In this document: in pieces, positions 39,124 through 47,882 of the stretch
Position numbering within the stretch: position 1 is the first letter of the stretch
Layout: each line of letters starts with the position of its first letter
Assembly (NCBI GenBank): GCA_963711565.1
Contig: CAVQEQ010000003.1
Span: 800,001 to 864,000, forward strand
DNA length: 64,000 nt
Source: an uncultured delta proteobacterium
GTDB lineage: Bacteria > Desulfobacterota > Binatia > Binatales > Binataceae
Direction of reading: 5' to 3'
The notes under the pieces: model-generated
Databases searched by the model: none
The model's input: only the letters and a program-made list of their open reading frames with translations
What the model was told of the DNA's origin: nothing
Translations under genes and position numbers: made by a program

Positions 39124-39199
39124 GTGGCATAGGCTTCAGCCTGTGATTATTTCCTGGATTTGCATGAACCGGAAAATCACAGGCTAAAGCCTGTGCCAC
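39124..39199. repeat. REPIN-like element (inverted pair of REP-like palindromes)
   Basis: GTGGCATAGGCTTCAGCCTGTG ... CACAGGCTAAAGCCTGTGCCAC between convergent genes. Confidence 0.7.
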
Positions 39200-39252
39200 C
39201 AAAATCAGGAACCTGAGAGCAAAATGGCATCCTCGCCATTTTGCGATTGGTT

Positions 39253-39277
39253 ACTGGGTGCAGGGGTCACCCCTGCC
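39253..39277. repeat. 25-bp hairpin repeat ACTGGGTGCAGGGGTCACCCCTGCC, copy 1
   Basis: Identical to 40721-40745. Confidence 0.85.
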
Positions 39278-39356
39278 CCGGAAGCCTGAAACCACGGTGG
39301 TTTCAGTAAAATTAAGTGGATTCATTCTCCGGCGCGAGCGCGCCGGAGAATGTTCC

Positions 39357-40517
39357 CTAGAACGCCGCGAACATCGCGTTGAACAGTGCGCCCGCGCGCC
39401 CGTCGATCAGCGCATCCGAGCCCATCTGATTCATCGTATAGCCGAAGCCCACGCGCGCATCCGGATCGGCAAATCCGATCGAGCCGCCCGCCCCCGGATG
39501 CCCAAACGTGCGCGGATTCGGACCAATCGGCGCCACCGCCTGATTGAGCGCAAATCCCAGTCCCCATCGCGACTCGACGCCCAGGACAAGATCGGGTCCG
39601 CTGCACTGCTCCGTATGCGCGCGCTTGATACTCGCCGGCGTCAGCACGCGATAACCGTTCAGCTCGCCGCCGATTGCGAGCGCGCCATACAGGATCGCAA
39701 GCGCGCGCGCCGTCGCATGTCCGTTGGCGGCGGGAACCTCCGCGCCGCGCCACGCGCGGCTGTTTGTTAGCGCCGGATCGACGACTGGCCGCGGATTCGC
39801 TATCGCCTTGTACGTCATCGATTCCGGATCGACGCTCATCGTGGCGAGTTGATCCGGCTTGTCCGGCGGAGTCGGCGGCGCTCCGATTGTTTCCGCGATT
39901 CGCGAATCGAAACTGGCATCGACACCGATATGCATATCGAGCTTGAGCGGCCCTGCGATTTCCTCGCGCAGATAAGTGCCCGGCGTCTTGCCCGTGATCC
40001 GCCGAATCACCTCGCCGACCAGGTAGCCGAACGTGATCGCATGATAGCCGTGCTTGGTCCCCGGCTCCCACCAAGGCTCCTGCGCCGCAAGCGCCGCGCA
40101 CATCACGGGCCAGTTCGTGTATGCGTCCATCGGCAACTGCTTTCTGACAGCCGGCAGACCCGCGCGATGACTCAGCAGAAAATTTACCGGAATCTTTTCC
40201 TTCCCCGCCTGCGCAAACTCGGGCCAATACTTGGAGACAGGCGCATCAAGGTCTAGCTTCCCCTGATCGACCAGCCGATGCGCACACGTCGAGGTTATCC
40301 CCTTAGTCGTTGACCAAACATTGACGAGCGTATCGCGAGTCCATGGCTTGGTCTTGGCCTTGTCAGCGAACCCGCCCCAAAGATCAAAGATCGGTTTCCC
40401 ATCGACAACAGCAGCAATCGCCGCCCCAACCTCGCTCCCATTCTCAAAGCTCTCGGCAAAAATCTCGCGCACGCGTTTGAACCGCGCCTCGCACATCCCT
40501 TCAATCTTCACTGCCAT
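39357..40517 (-). CDS. Serine hydrolase (beta-lactamase class C-like esterase), paralog 1
   Basis: WSTTK (SxxK), LLSHRAGL, GYH, FGHPGAGGS. Confidence 0.93.
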   Translation of the reverse strand: MAVKIEGMCEARFKRVREIFAESFENGSEVGAAIAAVVDGKPIFDLWGGFADKAKTKPWTRDTLVNVWSTTKGITSTCAHRLVDQGKLDLDAPVSKYWPEFAQAGKEKIPVNFLLSHRAGLPAVRKQLPMDAYTNWPVMCAALAAQEPWWEPGTKHGYHAITFGYLVGEVIRRITGKTPGTYLREEIAGPLKLDMHIGVDASFDSRIAETIGAPPTPPDKPDQLATMSVDPESMTYKAIANPRPVVDPALTNSRAWRGAEVPAANGHATARALAILYGALAIGGELNGYRVLTPASIKRAHTEQCSGPDLVLGVESRWGLGFALNQAVAPIGPNPRTFGHPGAGGSIGFADPDARVGFGYTMNQMGSDALIDGRAGALFNAMFAAF

Positions 40518-40720
40518 ACGCCATCTCCTCGTCGACCGAACCACCAGATACCACGCATTCTCAGTCCTACCAAACTGAGCAAGATCGCCTCAGTTTCGAC
40601 GACCATCCGGGAACTGAACCCGTATATGTTTAGCCATTCCCACCCGGACCGCCGATACACCACCCCGTAGCCCGATGCAGCGCGACGAAGGAGCGCGGCG
40701 ACGCAGCACCATAAAAAATC

Positions 40721-40745
40721 ACTGGGTGCAGGGGTCACCCCTGCC
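40721..40745. repeat. 25-bp hairpin repeat, copy 2
   Basis: Identical to 39253-39277. Confidence 0.85.
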
Positions 40746-40803
40746 GAAGGAACTGTGAAACCCACTGCGGGTTTCGCATTCAATAATGTGATTTACCCTT
40801 CCC

Positions 40804-41964
40804 TTACATCGACGCGTACACCGCTTCGATCAGCGCGGTGGCGCGCGAATCGATCAGCAAGCCCGACTGCATCTTGTTCATCGTGTAGCCGAATCCAATC
40901 TTCGCCTCGGGATCGGCGTATCCGAGCGAGCCGCCCGCGCCCGGATGCCCGAACGATTGCGGATTTGGGCCGAGCGACGCGCCCGGTTGCGACATCATGT
41001 AGCCCTGCGAGAAGCGCGTGTTGATTATCAGCAACGCGTCGGGACCGTTCGATTGTTCGATCGAGCACTTCGCGACCTCGTCCTTCGACATCACGCGCAC
41101 GCCGTTCAATTCGCCGCCGCGCGCGAGCGCGCCGTACAACTGCGCCAGCGAGCGCGCGGTGCCGTGCCCGTTCGCCGCGGGAATCTCGGCCGCGCGCCAC
41201 TCGCGCGTGTTGACCATTCCAGGCCTCATCCCGCCCGGCGGATTCATGAACGCCTTGGCGACCATCGATTCCGGATCCTTCATCACCTCGGCGAAAAGGT
41301 TCGGCTCACCCGGCGCCGGCGGCGGCGCGGCGATCATGTTCGCAGTCCGCGCATCGTGCTTCGCGTCGAGCCCGATATGAAAATCCGCACCGAGCGGCCC
41401 GGCGATCTCGTCGCGCAAATACGCGCCCGGCGTCTTGCCCGAGATACGCCGAATCACCTCGCCGACCAGCCATCCGAAAGTCAGCGCATGGTAACCGTGC
41501 CTGGTGCCCGGCTCCCACCACGGCTCCTGCTCCGCGAGCGCGGTGGTCATCGTGGTCCAGTTGAAGAGCGCGTCGTCGGCGAGGGGCTTGCGCACGGCGG
41601 GAAGACCCGCGCGATGGCTGAGCAGAAACCGCACCGGGATCTTATCCTTGCCCGCCTGCGCGAACTCGGGCCAGTACTTCGCCACCGGCGCGTCGATGTC
41701 TAGCAGGCCCTTGTCCACCAGCCGATGCGCGCAGATCGCGGTGACGCCCTTGGTCGTCGAATACACGTTGACGAGCGTGTCGCGTGTCCACGGTTTGGTC
41801 TTCGCCTTGTCGGCGTGTCCCGCCCAAATGTCCACAACGCTCTTGCCGTCGAGCATGACCGCTGCGGCGGCGCCAACCTCGCTGCGCTTTTCGAAATTCT
41901 CGGCAAACGCGTCCTTGACGCGATTGAACTTGGGATCGCAAGTGCCTTCGATTTTCACCGCCAT
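40804..41964 (-). CDS. Serine hydrolase (beta-lactamase class C-like esterase), paralog 2
   Basis: YSTTK, LLSHRAGL, GYH, FGHPGAGGS; colinear with paralog 1. Confidence 0.93.
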   Translation of the reverse strand: MAVKIEGTCDPKFNRVKDAFAENFEKRSEVGAAAAVMLDGKSVVDIWAGHADKAKTKPWTRDTLVNVYSTTKGVTAICAHRLVDKGLLDIDAPVAKYWPEFAQAGKDKIPVRFLLSHRAGLPAVRKPLADDALFNWTTMTTALAEQEPWWEPGTRHGYHALTFGWLVGEVIRRISGKTPGAYLRDEIAGPLGADFHIGLDAKHDARTANMIAAPPPAPGEPNLFAEVMKDPESMVAKAFMNPPGGMRPGMVNTREWRAAEIPAANGHGTARSLAQLYGALARGGELNGVRVMSKDEVAKCSIEQSNGPDALLIINTRFSQGYMMSQPGASLGPNPQSFGHPGAGGSLGYADPEAKIGFGYTMNKMQSGLLIDSRATALIEAVYASM

Positions 41965-42028
41965 GATCAGTCTCCTTGGCGCTCGTCATATCACGGAAAT
42001 GAAATCGGACCCAAAAAGGCGGGTTGTC

Positions 42029-43009
42029 TTACGCGATCGCGCCGCCGCAGCTCGAGCCCGCGCCTGCGGTGCATCCGAAGCAGTGCGAGCCGGTCGCGAT
42101 GCGCGTGCCGGCGATCGCGCCGACATCTTCGATGTCCCAGATTGTGGCGGCACCGGCACCAAGCGGAATTTCCAGCATCTGGTTGAAGTCGCAGTCGTAG
42201 AGCCGCCCGTCCCATCCGACGCTCACCAGGTCGCGGCACATCAGCGCATCGACGGTCGCGGGATTGAAGTGATTCACGAGCAGGCTCATGTACGCCGAAT
42301 GACTGCCCGTGCCGTTCAACTGGTTGGCGAAGCGGGCGATCGGCATATTCGTGATTGTGAGCAGGCGATCGAAGACGATTCCGAAGTTGCGCGCGAGCTC
42401 GTCGCGATACTGTGCTTCAAGCTCGACCTGCGGCGGGGGCAGCGACGCGCCGATCGGGTTGTACACGAGGTCCAGCCGCAGCTCGCCGCGCCCGAATCCG
42501 GCGGCATTCAGATTCTTCAGCGCTGCGATGCTCTTATCAAACACGCCCGTCCCGCGCTGACGATCCGTATTCTCGGCCGTATAGCACGGGAGCGAACAAA
42601 CCAATTCGACCCCCGCGCGCCGGTAGAAGTCGATGAGCCATTCCATGCCGGGTTCCAGGGTCACCGTCAGGTTGCATCGCACGATCACCTTGCGGCCGAG
42701 CGCTCGCGCCCGCTTGACGATCATCGCGAAGTTCTCGTTCAGCTCCGGCGCGCCACCGGTGACATCGAGGGTCTCGACGCCGCCGCTCGCCGCGAGCAGA
42801 TCGATCACCCGTTCCGCCGTCGCGCACGTCATCCGCTCTGTCCGCCGCGGGCCCGCATCGACGTGACAGTGATGGCACGCCTGGTTGCACAGCTTGCCGA
42901 CGTTTACCTGGATGGTCGCGGGCGATTTGCGGATGAGCGCGCGAATCCCGTGGCGTGCGAGCGTCGCGCCGAAATGTGGATTCGAGTGTGACTCGGGTGT
43001 CGCCGCCAT
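42029..43009 (-). CDS. arsS: ArsS-family radical SAM protein (DUF3641)
   Basis: QVNVGKLCNQACHHCHVDAGP, SLPCY, YDCDFNQML, HCFGCTAGAGSSCGG. Confidence 0.9.
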   Translation of the reverse strand: MAATPESHSNPHFGATLARHGIRALIRKSPATIQVNVGKLCNQACHHCHVDAGPRRTERMTCATAERVIDLLAASGGVETLDVTGGAPELNENFAMIVKRARALGRKVIVRCNLTVTLEPGMEWLIDFYRRAGVELVCSLPCYTAENTDRQRGTGVFDKSIAALKNLNAAGFGRGELRLDLVYNPIGASLPPPQVELEAQYRDELARNFGIVFDRLLTITNMPIARFANQLNGTGSHSAYMSLLVNHFNPATVDALMCRDLVSVGWDGRLYDCDFNQMLEIPLGAGAATIWDIEDVGAIAGTRIATGSHCFGCTAGAGSSCGGAIA

Positions 43010-43071
43010 CGCGCCATCCTACCACGAGCAATGCTGTCGGTCAGGCGCAAAACTGGCGGTTCATTCTCCTG

Positions 43072-43111
43072 AAAAAAGAAAAAGCAGGAGGCCCGGGGAA
43101 AGGCCTCCTGC
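43072..43111 (-). terminator. Rho-independent terminator
   Basis: Minus strand GCAGGAGGCC-tttccccg-GGCCTCCTGC followed by TTTTTCTTTTTT. Confidence 0.8.
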
Positions 43112-43276
43112 GCTACGGGGGAATAACCGGTCGCGACGGTTCTAGTGGTCTCGGTTGTACACTTCCGAGCGTCTGCTACTTAGTACGATACAGAGCATAT
43201 CCGGTTTCAATCCGTCCCTGTGCGAGCTCACCAAATCCGGTTTATTTGTGAGCGGCTCTGGGTTAAACAAGCGTTG

Positions 43277-43699
43277 ATGAAGAAAAAGGAAATCGAAAAG
43301 AAAAAGCCGAACGAGCGAACCTATCGCGGCGGATGCCATTGCGGGCGCGTCCGCTTCGAAGTCAGGGGCATGCTCGAGCGCGTCTCCGAATGCAACTGCT
43401 CGATTTGCACGAAGAAGGGCTACCTCCACTGGATCGTCGAGCGCGCCGCGTTCCGCTTGCTCACGCCGTCGGACAATATCGCGGCGTACAGCTTCAACAC
43501 GAAAGTCGCCAAGCATCTGTTCTGTCCGAATTGCGGCGTCGCATCGTTCTATATTCCGCGCTCCGATCCCGAACGCCTCGACGTAAATGTGCGATGCCTC
43601 GAAGGTGTGAATCCGGCCAAGCTCGAGCTCGATCACTTCGACGGGCGCAACTGGGAGAAGGCCTTTCACGATCGCGAGAGCGGGCCAGCCGCGAAGTGA
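43277..43699 (+). CDS. GFA/CENP-V family protein
   Basis: GGCHCG, CNCSIC, FCPNCG, NVRCL. Confidence 0.93.
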   Translation: MKKKEIEKKKPNERTYRGGCHCGRVRFEVRGMLERVSECNCSICTKKGYLHWIVERAAFRLLTPSDNIAAYSFNTKVAKHLFCPNCGVASFYIPRSDPERLDVNVRCLEGVNPAKLELDHFDGRNWEKAFHDRESGPAAK

Positions 43700-43711
43700 G
43701 GTCAGAGTCAG

Positions 43712-44335
43712 GTGGCGACGCTGGGTTTTCTGCGCCGCGATTTCGAGGTGTTCGCAATCGAGGGATTCAGCGCGCGGATGGCGAAGATCGACGAGTTGAT
43801 CAACCCGCGGCTGACCAGGCTCGGCAGCCGGCTCGCGCCGGAGCTTTCGCAAAAACTCGGCATGGAATTCTTTCCGCACATCGCCAAACACATGCGGCGC
43901 ACTGCGATTCCCCCTGCTGAGACCTGCGTGGCATTCGGGCCGTCGCGCGCGGGATACAAGCGCTACGCATATCTCGCGCTGTGCGTGTCGGCGGCGGGAA
44001 TCCATGCGCGCACGGTCGTGAAGTCCGACGCCGACCATCGTCCCGAGATGGCGCGAGCTATCAAATCCAGGTCGGCGGATCTGGAGAAATCTTTTCGCGG
44101 CACGAAGATCCAGCAATACCAAAATTGGGATTGCCACGAATTGCCGCGCTCGACGGTGGCGAGCGCCGACTTTTTCGACGGACTCGGCGATGCGCTCGTG
44201 AAAAAAACCGGCGGCATCAACGTCGGCTTCGGATGGCCGGTGCGCGACGCCGTGACCGTCGATCGCGCCGAGATACTCGACGCGTTCCGCGAGCTCGAAC
44301 CGCTCTACCGCGTGATCCGCTCGGTCGCGCCGTGA
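43712..44335 (+). CDS. DUF1054/YktB family protein
   Basis: DFEVFAIEGF..RM, HIAKHMRRT..PP, RAGYK. Confidence 0.85.
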   Translation: MATLGFLRRDFEVFAIEGFSARMAKIDELINPRLTRLGSRLAPELSQKLGMEFFPHIAKHMRRTAIPPAETCVAFGPSRAGYKRYAYLALCVSAAGIHARTVVKSDADHRPEMARAIKSRSADLEKSFRGTKIQQYQNWDCHELPRSTVASADFFDGLGDALVKKTGGINVGFGWPVRDAVTVDRAEILDAFRELEPLYRVIRSVAP

Positions 44336-45528
44336 CGTTGGGCGTCGCGCCGGTGGATGAAGACCGGTTGTTGAGCCGCGAGGAGACGATCACGCGGCTG
44401 GCATATTCGTGCCTGCTGATGGTGGGCATCAACAGCGGCTGGCTCGGCCCGTTTCTACCGCAGATCTCGCACACCGCCCAACTGCCGATCGAACGCGCGG
44501 GACTGATCGTTAGCGCCTCGGCCGCCGGCTATTTCATCTCGGTGCTGATCGCCGGCGAGATCAATCAATCGCTGAGCGCGCAGAGGATTCTCGTCGGTGC
44601 GATGGCGCTGTTCACCGCCGGCCTGGCAGGTCTGGCCGTCGCTCCCGGACTTGCGGGAATGCTATGCGCCGGATTTGTGATCGGCCTTGCCAACGGCGGT
44701 ATCGACATCGGCGCCAACGCCCTCATCGTCGAGCTGAATCGCGAGCGGCTCGCCTCCGCGCTCAACTACCTGCATGTGCTGTTCGGCGTCGGCGCGCTGC
44801 TCGGACCGCTGATCGTGAGCGCCGCCTTCGCGAGCCGCGTGCCGTACTGGTGGGTATTCGGCGGTGGCGCAGTGGCCTGTGCCGCGATCGGATTTCGTCT
44901 GGGCATGACTCCGGCGCACGAAGTTCGAACAGAGGTTGCTACCGGCGACGGATTTCTACCGATGCTCGCGCGTCCGCTGATTTGGGCGATTAGCGGCGTG
45001 ATGTTCCTCTACGTCGGTGCCGAGGTGGGAATCGGCGCGTGGCTCTTTCTTTACCTGCGCACCGCGGGCACGCTCGGCCCGATGCTCGCGTCGTCGGGCG
45101 TCTCGCTGTATTGGCTGGGATTGGTATGCGGTCGCGCGTTCGGCGGACGCCTCGGGCATCGCATGGCACTGCCGAAATTCACGATGCTGGCCTCGTCGTT
45201 ATCCGCCGCGGCGCTGATGCTGTTGATCGCGGCGCCGGCGGCAGGCGGCCTCGCCGCGACCTCCATCTTCCTGATCGGTTTTGGCTACGGCCCGGTCTTC
45301 CCCAACATGATTGCGGTCGGCGCGGCGGCGTTCCCCCTCGAAGTCGGCAGGATGACTTCGATCGTAGTCGCAGCCGGCGCGCTCGGCGCGATCGTCGCGC
45401 CCTGGCTAATGGGCCACGCCATCGCCGACATAAGTCCCCGTGCAAGCATGGAGGTCGCGCTGGCATTCACGCTCGCGATGGCAGCGCTGGCCATCTCGCT
45501 GCGCACAGTCGATCGGCGCCCTCTATGA
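44332..45528 (+). CDS. MFS transporter (FucP/TsgA-like)
   Basis: About 12 TM helices; LNYLH..FGVGALLGP, FLYVGAE; GTGA overlap. Confidence 0.9.
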   Translation: MTLGVAPVDEDRLLSREETITRLAYSCLLMVGINSGWLGPFLPQISHTAQLPIERAGLIVSASAAGYFISVLIAGEINQSLSAQRILVGAMALFTAGLAGLAVAPGLAGMLCAGFVIGLANGGIDIGANALIVELNRERLASALNYLHVLFGVGALLGPLIVSAAFASRVPYWWVFGGGAVACAAIGFRLGMTPAHEVRTEVATGDGFLPMLARPLIWAISGVMFLYVGAEVGIGAWLFLYLRTAGTLGPMLASSGVSLYWLGLVCGRAFGGRLGHRMALPKFTMLASSLSAAALMLLIAAPAAGGLAATSIFLIGFGYGPVFPNMIAVGAAAFPLEVGRMTSIVVAAGALGAIVAPWLMGHAIADISPRASMEVALAFTLAMAALAISLRTVDRRPL

Positions 45529-45617
45529 AGCATCGGCGGCAAACACTATTGTAGATAAATTGCTCAGCCGCGATTTTCGGCGCTCGCGTCGGGAAAGCGG
45601 CGTCCAAGAAGGGATTC

Positions 45618-45884
45618 ATGGCGAACAAAGGAAACTGCAAAGCGAAAGATTGCGCGCGCGAAGCGGTCGGCAAAGGCTACTGCCGACAGCATTTTCGGCT
45701 CTGGAAGGCCGGCGAGATGCCCAAGGCGCGCTTCAAAACCTGCACCTTCGAGAAATGCCGCAAGCATCGCCACGGCACCTCGAGCCTGTGCGACGAGCAC
45801 TTCAAGGCCAAGCACGGCAAGCCGGCGGAAGCAGCGGCCGCGCCCGCAGCCGAAGCGGCGCCCGCCGAAGCTCCGGCGTCCTGA
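45618..45884 (+). CDS. Small basic Cys/His-rich protein
   Basis: Two C-x4-C-x9/10-C-x2-H units and an Ala/Pro/Glu tail; host-like codon usage. Confidence 0.75.
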   Translation: MANKGNCKAKDCAREAVGKGYCRQHFRLWKAGEMPKARFKTCTFEKCRKHRHGTSSLCDEHFKAKHGKPAEAAAAPAAEAAPAEAPAS

Positions 45885-45944
45885 TAGCGCGATAACGTCC
45901 GCATCGCACCCGCGTCGCGCGGGCAGCATGAAAAGTGACTTCCG

Positions 45945-46742
45945 ATGGCTAATCTAATTGTGGCTGGAGCAGCGGGTCGGATGGGCCGGCTGCTGATCGC
46001 GATGGCGTCGTGCGATTCGGCGCACAAAATCGTCGGCGCCATCGAAGCGCACGGCAATAGCGCGCTCGGTTCCGACGCGGGCGAACTGGCAGGCGTCGGC
46101 AAGCTCGGCGTCAAAATCGGCGACCACTACGCGATGCTCGCAAAGCCCGACACCGTCACGCTGGATTTCACGACGGCGACCGCCTCGATGGAACATCTCG
46201 AAGTCGCATCGAACGCGGGCGCGGCGATCGTCATCGGCTCGACCGGTTTCACGCCCGAGATGGAAACGCGCGCGCGCGAACTCGCGCAGAAGACGCGCAC
46301 CGTGATCGCGCCCAACATGAGTATCGGAGTAAACGTGCTCGCCAAGATCGTTGCCGAAGTCGCCGCAATCCTTCCCGACTTCGACGCTGAGGTTATCGAG
46401 ATTCACCATCGCACCAAGATCGACGCGCCCAGCGGCACCGCGCTGTCGCTGGGCAAGGCGATCGCGTCGGCGCGCGGAGTAGAGTTCGCACCCAACGCGG
46501 TCTTCGGCCGCGAAGGAATCACCGGCGTGAGGCCCGACGGCAAGATCGCAGTCCTCGCGATGCGCGCGGGCGACGCAGTCGGCGATCACACCGTGATTTT
46601 CGGCGGTCAAGGCGAACGCCTCGAACTGATACATCGCGCGCAGAGCCGCGACTCGCTCGCGCGCGGCGCACTCCGCGCGGCGGGATGGCTTGTGAACCGC
46701 AAGCCGGGCCTCTACACGATGCGCGACATGCTCGGAATTTAA
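45945..46742 (+). CDS. dapB: 4-hydroxy-tetrahydrodipicolinate reductase
   Basis: GAAGRMG, DFT, GSTG, APNMSIG, EIHHRTKIDAPSGTA. Confidence 0.97.
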   Translation: MANLIVAGAAGRMGRLLIAMASCDSAHKIVGAIEAHGNSALGSDAGELAGVGKLGVKIGDHYAMLAKPDTVTLDFTTATASMEHLEVASNAGAAIVIGSTGFTPEMETRARELAQKTRTVIAPNMSIGVNVLAKIVAEVAAILPDFDAEVIEIHHRTKIDAPSGTALSLGKAIASARGVEFAPNAVFGREGITGVRPDGKIAVLAMRAGDAVGDHTVIFGGQGERLELIHRAQSRDSLARGALRAAGWLVNRKPGLYTMRDMLGI

Positions 46743-46750
46743 CTGACGCT

Positions 46751-47788
46751 CTAAAGATGTGAGGTGTGACTGGGCCCGTGATCCGGCGGCGCCGGCGGCG
46801 GATCGCCCATCTCGGCGCCCTCGTGATCGAGCATCGCCCATCGCTCGACCAGCTTGACACCGAGTCCGCGATGGCCGCGGATAAAGTACGTCGCCATCGC
46901 GATCAGCGCGAGAATATTTCCGGCGACGATTTTCCACCATCCCAGGACCTCGAGCGCTGACTGATCGATCAGCGAAACAAATCCCACAAAGAAAACCTCG
47001 AACACCGCCAGCAGCAGCAGCGCGCCGAGGACCATGAACGGTTCCCACTCCGACGCGGCCAGCAGAATCGCGAGCGCCAGGCCGAACATGACGAAGGCGA
47101 AGAAATGCAGAATCGAGTAGCCGAGCACGAGAGGCAGCGTCGCCTGGATACCGTCACTCACGCCCGCGCTGCGAAAGACCATCGCGCCGAGAATCGCCGG
47201 CGTATGAAACGGATCGCCTGACGCGAAGTCGTAAGCCATGAACCAGATGGCAACGACGATCCCGCCGACCAGTCCCGCAGTCACGCCTTCGCGCGCAACC
47301 GAGATCCAGGCGCCGAGCAAGTCGAACGCGAGCCTGGGATGCTGCCAGAAAAAATATGAAAGCATCGCGCCCGTCGCGAGCAGGTTGCCGACGATGATGC
47401 CCCACCACGTCAGCTCCACCATCACGTTCGGCCCTAGGAACAGCACGACCGCGATGAAGAACACTTCGAACGCGACGAAAAAAATCGCGAGCGAGAAAAG
47501 CAATGACGATTCGGTCTCGCACGCTTCGAGCAGCAATCCGCCGGCGATGCCGAATGCGATGAAGGCGGCGAAGTGAAGGATCGAGTATTCCAGCGCCAGC
47601 AGCTTCAGCCCATGTTGAACTTCGTGACTGTGCGAGCCGTGCAGAATCGTCGCCGCCAGCAGCGCGGGCGTTTCGAGCGCGTGGCCGCGAATCACGTCGA
47701 AGATCAGAAACCAGATGGCGACGACGAAGGCTCCGATCAGCCCCGCGACCGCTCCATCGATAATGATCCGCGTCCTCGAGTGCTGCAT
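46751..47788 (-). CDS. Hypothetical membrane protein made of two tandem homologous domains
   Basis: G..AGL.G..VVAIWF..D, TPA.L, YSILHF, FEVFF and WW.I..GN each occur twice. Confidence 0.8.
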   Translation of the reverse strand: MQHSRTRIIIDGAVAGLIGAFVVAIWFLIFDVIRGHALETPALLAATILHGSHSHEVQHGLKLLALEYSILHFAAFIAFGIAGGLLLEACETESSLLFSLAIFFVAFEVFFIAVVLFLGPNVMVELTWWGIIVGNLLATGAMLSYFFWQHPRLAFDLLGAWISVAREGVTAGLVGGIVVAIWFMAYDFASGDPFHTPAILGAMVFRSAGVSDGIQATLPLVLGYSILHFFAFVMFGLALAILLAASEWEPFMVLGALLLLAVFEVFFVGFVSLIDQSALEVLGWWKIVAGNILALIAMATYFIRGHRGLGVKLVERWAMLDHEGAEMGDPPPAPPDHGPSHTSHL

Positions 47789-47882
47789 GCGTCAACTACT
47801 AACGCACAAGTTCCGCACCCGGCAAGCATCCGGACTTAGCTCGGCGGTCGCCTGCGGTATAAGATGACGGCGTTCCCGCGTC

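Noticed and set aside
39357-41964. Tandem hydrolases as an assembly duplication or as true beta-lactamases
   Set aside because: The copies are clearly diverged; there is no signal peptide, and the LLSHxxGL and GHxG motifs fit family VIII esterases
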